Part shown: positions 55,402 to 64,000 of the stretch, in pieces | Layout of the letters: each line of letters opens with the position of its first letter | How positions within the stretch are numbered: the first letter of the stretch is position 1 | Assembly (NCBI GenBank): GCA_951406725.2 | Contig: OX597827.1 | Span: 2,914,001 to 2,978,000, forward strand | Source: Octopus vulgaris | Taxonomy: Eukaryota | Direction of reading: 5' to 3' | DNA: 64,000 nt | Program-made: the position numbers and the translations under genes | Notes under the pieces: generated by a model | The model's input: only the letters and a program-made list of their open reading frames with translations | What the model was told of the DNA's origin: nothing | Database searches by the model: none

Positions 55402-56379
55402 TATATATATATATGTATATATATATATAAAATAATAATAATAATTTGAGGGAATATTATTCCTAACTTAATTGATAAAGGGTGGTTTTTTTCTAATTTA
55501 TATATATATATATATATATATAATTGCTCACACACACATATACATATGCATACATACACATGCACACAAATATAGTGCCTCTAAATACTTCTCAATCCCT
55601 CAGCCAATCAGCCTTATCAAATAAATTCTACTTAAAAAACCAACACGAAGAAAACAGCTCTCTTACTTTTCTTTCAAATAAACAATAAGAAAAAAAGGTT
55701 TTTTTTCCAGCTGCTCAAGTCTTTATTGAACCCCTGGCTCCTTCCTTTTTCAAGAAGACCAGATGTTTTGCCTTCAACTTTTTTCCATTTGTGTAACTCT
55801 GTCAATAACTAGAATCTATTTTTCATCACCAAATCCATACAGCTTCAATTCCTCATGCATTCTTTCCATCATCATCTCTATTCCTCATCATCATTTCCAC
55901 AAGGATCAATCCAAGCAACAACCACTGCCATCACCATCATCATTACACTACCACTAGCACCACCAATACCATCAAGAATGCACAACTACACAATTCTATT
56001 TCCACCCAACACACATCCACTTCCCACTGGCATTTCCACCACGAACACTGCCATTCTAAGACTTAACCTATTCTGCAGAATTTCATATATTATAAGATAT
56101 TATACCAGTGTCATATTCTAACAATAATATTGTTTTCTTCAAAATCTGGCCTAAAATATAAATTTCCTGGAGGAGGATTTAAAACGAAAAAAAAAAAAAT
56201 TTATTTACCAAGTTTGTAGTCTAGTAGTTCAAATAAATCCAAAGACATTTTTTTTTTTTCTTTTTGCTGTCTTCTCTAGTAAACACCTTCATTGATCAGT
56301 ATCTGTCATTTACAGCTGTATATTTCCTCTGCTTCCAGCATAATTTCTGCCCTGCTAGTAACATGTCATTGCTCTTGAT

Positions 56380-56740
56380 GGTAAATATTGTTTCCCACCT
56401 TTTGCTGCCAAAAGACCTGATCTTGTCAATAAGGCATGGACAAGAAGGTGGTAAAGATGGTAGGGCTGACAGTTTCCTGGGAAGTGAACATTGAAGATGC
56501 TTTCCTCAGGAGAGACAGAAAATACAGTGAGTTCTTTGAAAGGAATGGATGGGAAGCATTATGTCTTCCTGTAGAGATAGTTGTTAGAAGATTAGTTGGA
56601 ACTAAGGTTCACTCAATGTTCATGAGTCATGGACAAGTTACGAAGGAGACAAAAAATGTTGCCAGAAAATTGTCAGAAGCTGCTGAGAAAGCTAGCCATT
56701 AGATTTATCTCAAGGGGGAAGATGAGTGTTTCAGCAAGAA
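56380..56740 (+). mobile_element. HERO-like (RLE-type) non-LTR retrotransposon endonuclease remnant
   Basis: DLIL..DKKVVKMVGLTVSWEVNIEDAFLRRDRKY...GWEALCLPVEIVVRR...RKLSEAAEKASH*IYLK matches the PD..ELTVPWE...K..KY...GW....PVEVGCRG...AAEKAS.WLW pattern. Confidence 0.8.
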
Positions 56741-59685
56741 CAAGCATTGAGAATGGTAGAAACATCTGGCCCAGAGTCACAACATCTGACTCAACAAAGC
56801 TCATGCTGTTGTGTGAGAATTTTGCCACCTACATCGGTAGGTGGCCTCAGGCAGCTCTGATGTTGTGGTGGATGAGGTCAAAACACCAACAGAGCTTTTT
56901 CACCACCTGATGGAATATCATCTCCTGCATTCAGAGACAGAACACAGCAGCACCCCCAGTACATAAGTGTTAACCCCAATAAAACATCCTCTTCCAAGAT
57001 CTTTTCTGCCACTTTGGCAACATTCTTTTGCTTTCTAGTGGGCACCAATCCTGTTGTAGGGTATGGATGTAAAGGTTTATGTTTTATGACAGGCTGGTCA
57101 TTCACCTGGAGACTAAAGAACAGTAATATACTACTAGAGGAGCAGAAAAGATGTTGGAAAAATATGTGGTTATGATAGAAGAATGGTTCAGCCAGTGTTG
57201 AGAATGTCACAGTTTTACCATTGTAGCATCTGTTATTGGCCAGTTTTTAATCAAGCAGTGCAATACAGTTTCCTTAGCAAACAATATTGATTAAATGCTT
57301 ATTGAATCAGTCCAGGTCGTCTTAAAATATTTATAATTGTTATTATTGCGCTTGTCACAATAAGTATTTGAGTGTTTCACAGTTAACCAATTAACTAAGG
57401 AACACAGTCTTAGACATAAGCAAAATATTTAATATGATGGAACAAGTTTTAGGTGTTATGCTGCCAACAAGCTTCACTATGGGACAGAGTCAAAGATATC
57501 ACCAAAATATTTAACATAATGAAACAAGTCTACATTTTTAGGCTTTGAACAGATTTAACTATGGAATAAAATCAAAGATATTATTGAAGTCTTTAAAACA
57601 TAATGACACAATGTTAAGATAGTCTATAAATTTATGCATCACTATAGAAAGAACATACACATAAAGTACAATTTCTATGGCTAATAGATATCGCTATGGC
57701 AAGCCAATGATAGAGCTTTTGTATGTCTGCTCCATCTGCTTGAAATAGCAGTTAAATCTTCCTCAAATATATACCTATTTCTTCACTACCCACAAGGGGC
57801 TAAACACAGACGGGACAAACAAGGACAGACAAATGGGTTAAGTCAATTACATCGAACCCAGTGCATAGCTGGTACTTAATTTATCGACCCCGAAAGGATG
57901 AAAGGAATTTGAATGTAACGGCAGACGAAATACGGCTACGCATTTCACCCGGCATGCTAACGTTTCCGCCAGCTCACTACCTTCCCTCAAATATATATCC
58001 TTCTGTATTCAATAATAGGACACCCAGAATAATACAGTCTTAAGTGTCTGAAAAATTTAAGATGATCAGGTTCAGAAGACCTTTGATCATAGGTCACTTC
58101 AAGCATGGCTGACCTGTGGTTAAACAAACACAGCAATAGAGATTACGTAAACAGTTCATAGCTGCAGTCTGTTTGGTGGTTTGTAGGTGTGTGGGGAGGG
58201 ATCCATGTAATACAAGAGCTTGTAGCCCTGGGTTCAACTAAAACCTATGAACTCTGAAACCAAGGTCATAAGAAATGGACTATTCCATATATCTTTGCCT
58301 ATGTTGTACGAGGAAGAGGGAGAGACAGAGGGAGAAAGAGAGAGAGAGAGAGCTACTTCTGCCTAACCAGATAGAAGTGGGAGCTAAATCCTCCTTCAAA
58401 TCATACACATTTAAAAAAGGACACATTGGAAAAATGTGGTCCTAGATGCACAAAACAATGAATCAGTCATAACTGGAACACATTTGATTATAGACCTGCT
58501 CAATCATTGGTCACTTGAGAAAAGGTTATCAATAACAACCACAACAGCAACATCTATGAATTATCTGGGTCATTTGCTTGTCCTTAATTTAGCAACTGGC
58601 TGGTCTATATCGCTGGCTGCTTTACAGAAATGGCTAGTCACTAAAATTTATTGTTAATATTAATCACACATTTTCAATATTATTGAGCTGAAGGTCATCG
58701 ACATGAAATCTTTAAAGAGTTAATTTCTTATTTCTTTTTTTTTGTTTGTTTTTGTTTATCTTATTCACTCCATGATTCTTACAAATGATTAATCAGTCAA
58801 CCGTGAAGAAGGGAATGGTAGTAGGAGGACTTCTATTTTGTTTCCAATCAGTTAGACCAGGCAGAACTATGGTGTAAAGTTCCTTTTGCCTACAGGCGCA
58901 ATTACTTGGTTATATTCTGTAGATGAGATTTCGTGATGTCACCGATGTTAATTAAAGCTGAACTTCCATATAAATATTCTGCTGGAAAAGTGATTCTGGC
59001 ATTTGGTCCCAAAAGGCTTAGCTTTAATGCTGCTCCATCATGTGACCTCTTCAATATTATTGGCTTGATTTATGAGAAGTAAATAATTCATTTAGAAGGG
59101 CTGCAGTGGGAGGTAGAGTTTGAGAGGAGGCTGGGTTTAGTGGGGTGTGGGTGGCAGGGTGTGGTCTGGATTAGGAAGAAATGTGACAAAGATGTCAATA
59201 TATTTATTAACTAGTAATATCTCATGGGAAATTTCTGTCAGCAATATATATATGTATGTATGAATGTATTTGTATATATATATATATGTATGTATGTATT
59301 TGTATATATATATATATGTATGTATGTATTTGTGTATATATATATATATATATATGTATGTATTTGTGTATACATATATATATATATATATGTATGTATG
59401 TATGTATTTGTGTATATATATGTATGTATTTGTGCCTATATATATGTGTATGTACATATATTTCTGTGTGTGTGTATGTGTGTTTGTATGTATATATGTG
59501 CATGTGTAACTGTGCATGTGTGTGTCTGTGTGTATGTACATGTGTATGTGTGTATGTATATATACATATTTGTATGTATGTATAGATATATATTTCTTGT
59601 GAGTGTGTTCAAATATATGTATGTATTGGTGTGGTATTCATATATGTGTTCATGTGCATACTTCTGCAAGTATGCCATCTCACAT

Positions 59686-59742
<57 letters not shown>

Positions 59743-60248
59743 TTCATACAGAGAAAAATTATGTATGCTTGTATTTATACATACACTGATATATGAATGT
59801 GTATGTATAAAAGTATAGAAGTATGTCCTCACATATACTATACACAGCTGCAGACTCATACATATATACACACAAATAACCACAGGCACATACACACACA
59901 CACACACACACATACATCAAAATCAACAATTCACTTTCGTAGTACAAGGATAATAAAACTACATTGAATTGAATTAAGTAAATCTCACACACACACACAC
60001 ACACATCATACAACATCTGCAAAACACGTGTACACACACATGCAAACATGCAAGGACACACTAACAAATACACACACACACATATATACATACATACACA
60101 CACACATGCGCACATGTACACATACATTACAGGCTAACACCTGAAGACTGCCCTGCTCATACACACAGATATGCACCTGCATAGACATAAATTCACCCAC
60201 ACATAGATCCATACACATTCACTCATATATATTTATCAAAATAAAAAC

Positions 60249-60517
60249 ATGATGCAAAGGATTTAGCGGTACATATGTTTCTGGCTTTTATTAGACAGTT
60301 TATAACAATGCATAATGTTTTGGTGCCTCGCTCTGTCGTACGCGACTATGAGGATTTGCATCCCCAACGTAAAACTTATAATGTAATACATGTCCTTGAA
60401 GTAGTAATTGTACACGGCTGAAGAAGGCTATAGACACACATTTACATCAATTATGCATTGTTATAAACCGTCTAATAAAGGCCCGAAACATATGTACCGC
60501 TAAATCCTTTGCATCAT
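60249..60517 (+). mobile_element. Fold-back PLE-LTR-like element containing a near-intact hammerhead ribozyme
   Basis: Arms 60249-60315 and 60450-60517. CGG-CTGAAGA (60418)-AGGC...GCCC-GAAA (60485)-CATATG-TA|CCG. Confidence 0.8.
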
Positions 60518-60530
60518 CCTTCTTCTTCTG

Positions 60531-60652
<122 letters not shown>

Positions 60653-60659
60653 CATCATC

Positions 60660-61190
60660 ATTGAGTGAGTGAGAGAACAGTGCATGCCATGAAAGTGACA
60701 CTGGGGTACAAGTATATGAAGTCCAGTATACCCATCATGACTACCCGTCTGATAAGGGTACACCAGGCACATGCATCACAACCATATGTGGACGACATGG
60801 TGATGTCATATGATGAACTGCACATGACCTTGCAGGTGAGGCTCAGAATGTTCTTACTGGTAAAGTAGCCCATCCTGCTCAAAAGGTTCCTGAATAAGGG
60901 CTGTTTAAGGATGTTGAACAAAACACCGATGTTTCCAGAAGTGAATTATTCAAACCCCAAAGAATCCCTCTCAACACATGGCTATGATGCTCCCCCACTA
61001 CTTCTGCTCGTGATCAGAGATGCACATATCGTCAGCCACCAAGGGACATGCTCAACTGGTAAAGGTCAAACAACTGACAAGCAAATCTGTGGTATTGAGC
61101 AGAATATTTGCTGTAGCCCATCTTTTATACCAAGACAAAGCAATGGACATGATGACACTTCCAATCAGAAGCGATGAGAGCCAGTGCCTA
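60660..61190. mobile_element. Unclassified interspersed repeat adjoining (TTA)n
   Basis: GC-richer block that I recall as a common octopus repeat associated with (TAA)n. No coding similarity seen. Confidence 0.5.
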
Positions 61191-61382
61191 GTGTCATCAC
61201 TACTAGGTTATGATATTGGTATGACACCACTGATGGTGATGTAGTGATAAAGCTGATGGTAACTATATAATAGTGATGATGGTGGTGGTGATGATGATAA
61301 GAATTATATGATTATGTGAATGCCTGCATGCAAGTATGTGTGTGTGAGAGGTACTGGCATAGTATGTGAAGTTTGTGTATTT

Positions 61383-61434
<52 letters not shown>

Positions 61435-63599
61435 ATGCGCTCTAGAAAATAAAAAGTATACTGCTGAAATTATCTGACAAAAAATTGAGCAAATCTACAA
61501 ATTTTAATGATTTATGCTTCATTGAAAAACAAATTTATTGAAATTTTAAAATTGTATTTTTACTTAGCTTTAGTGAGGAAAAAAACAATATGGGGGGAGG
61601 AGGAGGAGAAGAAGAAGAAGAAAGCAGAGATGCAGAGATAACTGCAATAGCATCTTTATATATATACAGCTTTATATTGAAGATAGTTAGTTATTGAGAC
61701 ATTGAAAGCATCAAGCTATGAAAACCATATGGTAGAGTTAGTCACTTGGTTAATTTAGATAGTGCATAAGAAAGAGTTTATCCCCACAGACTGATATAGC
61801 TGCGTCATCACCAACTAGAAGACTAAAAGAGTATCAGAGCACAGGAGACACACTGAAGAGAGAAAGCAATTACAGAGGTCTAAGTCAGTCTCAGAAGAAG
61901 CTGAGAGGGTTTTAGAGCAAATGAAATTACTTTAGAATTGGGTTAAAATTCAGGGGGAAAAAAAAAATAGAAATTGGTAATAGAGTGTTAGTGATAATTA
62001 GTCTGTAGTTGAATTTGATTAATTCAGAGTTTCAATTTTACTTGTCCTTTGTCTAAGAGTAAAGACCAGAGAAAAAGTTCAGAATAGATTTAGTTTTGGG
62101 GTTTGTGCCAGAAGGATGTGTAATTATAGATGACATATCTCTAGTTAGGCAATTGCTAAAAAGGTTATTAACTAAGAATTGCTAATGTAACATAAAAACC
62201 TTGACCAACAGATAAGCTTCCAGCAGATAAATGACCGAGAGCCAACTTTGACCGATAGCTTTATATTGGTTTTGCAGTGGGTTTCAAAAGTATTCCAGTA
62301 TTACTCTGTCAAATGTTAGGCTTACTTATTCATACTGTTTTGAACTAAGCATGCATCATCGCATAGCTTTGAGATTCTGATGATGTAATTGTATATTTTT
62401 GTTTAAATAACAGAATGAACCCAGAACTAAATACCTTAATCACATAGCCATACTTGTGCTCATGGATATGCTTATGACCAGATATTATAACCTCATAGTT
62501 TTGAGTTCAAACCAAATACTGGCATTTTATTGAATACTTGAGCAATACAATTAATTCTCAGTGTCACATACAAATTAACACTGGAAATAGCTAAGCCACA
62601 TATCTTGTCTCTTGTAATAGGAGAAGGTCAGTTATCTCTTGTATCCATCTAAAGTGATGAACACCAGAACTAAACACTGACCCTTCTCTGGTCAGTTTCA
62701 TTATATTGTTATTTAGGTAGGTGTGAGAGGCTGGATCTGACCAGTTTGGACATGAAAGAGGTAGAATATTTAGGTCTGATAAGTTTGGTTTAAATGCTAA
62801 AGGGTTCATAAAAACATTACCTTTTTCATAATTAACTGGTGCTTGGAGCACATCAAAAACACTTTACATTAAATTATGATGAAATGTTTTAAATTAAAAT
62901 ATGAATATATTGAAATAAGAGAATTTATATGATACAGTCAGCTAGAGGCAGTTTCAGGTAAGTAGGTTCTCAGAAAATGTTAAGACAGTAGAGTAGGAAG
63001 TGATTTGATTGGTTGTTGGTTTAGAAGTACTGAACAGGTGTAGTGTTATAGTCTGTGTGGATAACGTTTGTGTGGAAAACATATATAGAAGAAATACTCT
63101 GAACATTTAATAGCTAAGTGTCCCTTTTTCACTGAACAGTGTTTTTAAATGCCCCCAACACCATGTTTTGAAAAACAAAGCAGAAAAAATAATGCCGATT
63201 CTATCAATGAAATAACAGCTAATTTGGAGCAATGGCTTTGTAATCCATGTTGTTTCGAAGGTGAAAAGTAAAGTCAACCATTTCTAAATATGCACACACA
63301 CGTGCGTGTACACACACACACACACACACACACGATGATAGATAGATTGTAGATTCACAATGAAGTAAATTGCAATTAAATGAAGAGGGCACTCAATAAT
63401 AAAAGTATCTTCTCCTGATTTCTGATCAGTTGGATGCATTCAACACTAAGCTTTAAGTCATGTGGAGCTGAATAAAACTTATTAATATATATATTTATAT
63501 ATTGTTGACAGCATAAGAACTTGGAAACTTTGAGGAGAGAGGCCATCCATACATACAGGCATATTCTTTATAGCCATAACTCTGCAACCCCAATTCTTC

Positions 63600-63918
63600 T
63601 CTCAGCTGAGAGGTCCTTGTCTTGTGAGCTCACGAGTGCTGTTGCCTTGTAAAAAGTGCCGTTTTAGGTGTTACACCAAAAGCACCTGTGTTGGTGACAC
63701 ATAAAAGGCACCTGTACTGGTGTCATGTAACAGCCCTGGTGCTGGTCCCATATAAAATGCACCTGGTATACTCTGTGGAGTGGTTGGTGTTAGGAAGGGC
63801 ATCCAGCCATAGAAACTATGCCAGGACAGGCAGTTGAAGCCTGGTGCAGCTCTCTGGATGGGAAACGATCAAACGGTCCAATCCATGCCAGCATCGGAAA
63901 CAGATGTTCAATGATGAT
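63600..63918 (+). mobile_element. SINE family C, decayed
   Basis: AAAAGCACC-type internal repeats, GTTAGGAAGGGCATCCAGC...CCATGCCAGCAT..GAAA, and an (ATG)n tail. Confidence 0.8.
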
Positions 63919-64000
63919 AAGGAAGTCAATGATTAGCAAGTGATGTTCATTATCAACTGGAATTATTCATTGTTGAAACCAACGGAGATGCATTTGTTAT

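Noticed and set aside
57410-57615. About 83-bp degenerate direct repeat, 2.5 copies
   Set aside because: An old, diverged local duplication with no other supporting signal.
58780-59070. High-complexity block with a GTAAGA donor on the minus strand
   Set aside because: All three minus frames hit stops just before the donor. At most a non-coding exon.

Overview
AT-rich, intron-like eukaryotic DNA packed with microsatellites. The SINE and repeat families look like those of Octopus (coleoid cephalopod); this is from recall, not a database search. Nearly all ORFs in the track are translations of (TA)n, (CA)n, (AAT)n or (TAGA)n tracts. The only well-supported host coding sequence is a minus-strand terminal exon at 38391-38671. 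It has two open frames: a phase-1 tail ending KPLPALPKLPYA* and a phase-0 tail ending PTSSI*. A candidate 23-nt microexon at 48206-48228 could switch between them. Decayed transposons are abundant: RTE, CR1/L2, HERO-like and Penelope-like retroelements, a Tc1/mariner, a non-autonomous Helitron, a piggyBac-type MITE and at least four SINE families. Three clean minisatellites are present, one with higher-order structure. The most striking hidden pattern is about ten dispersed type I hammerhead-ribozyme-like motifs, several with palindromic stem III. They sit in small, mostly (TA)n-embedded elements, some of which are also inverted (fold-back) duplications. This matches Penelope pseudo-LTRs or retrozyme-like elements and would create many long RNA hairpins in the host transcript.
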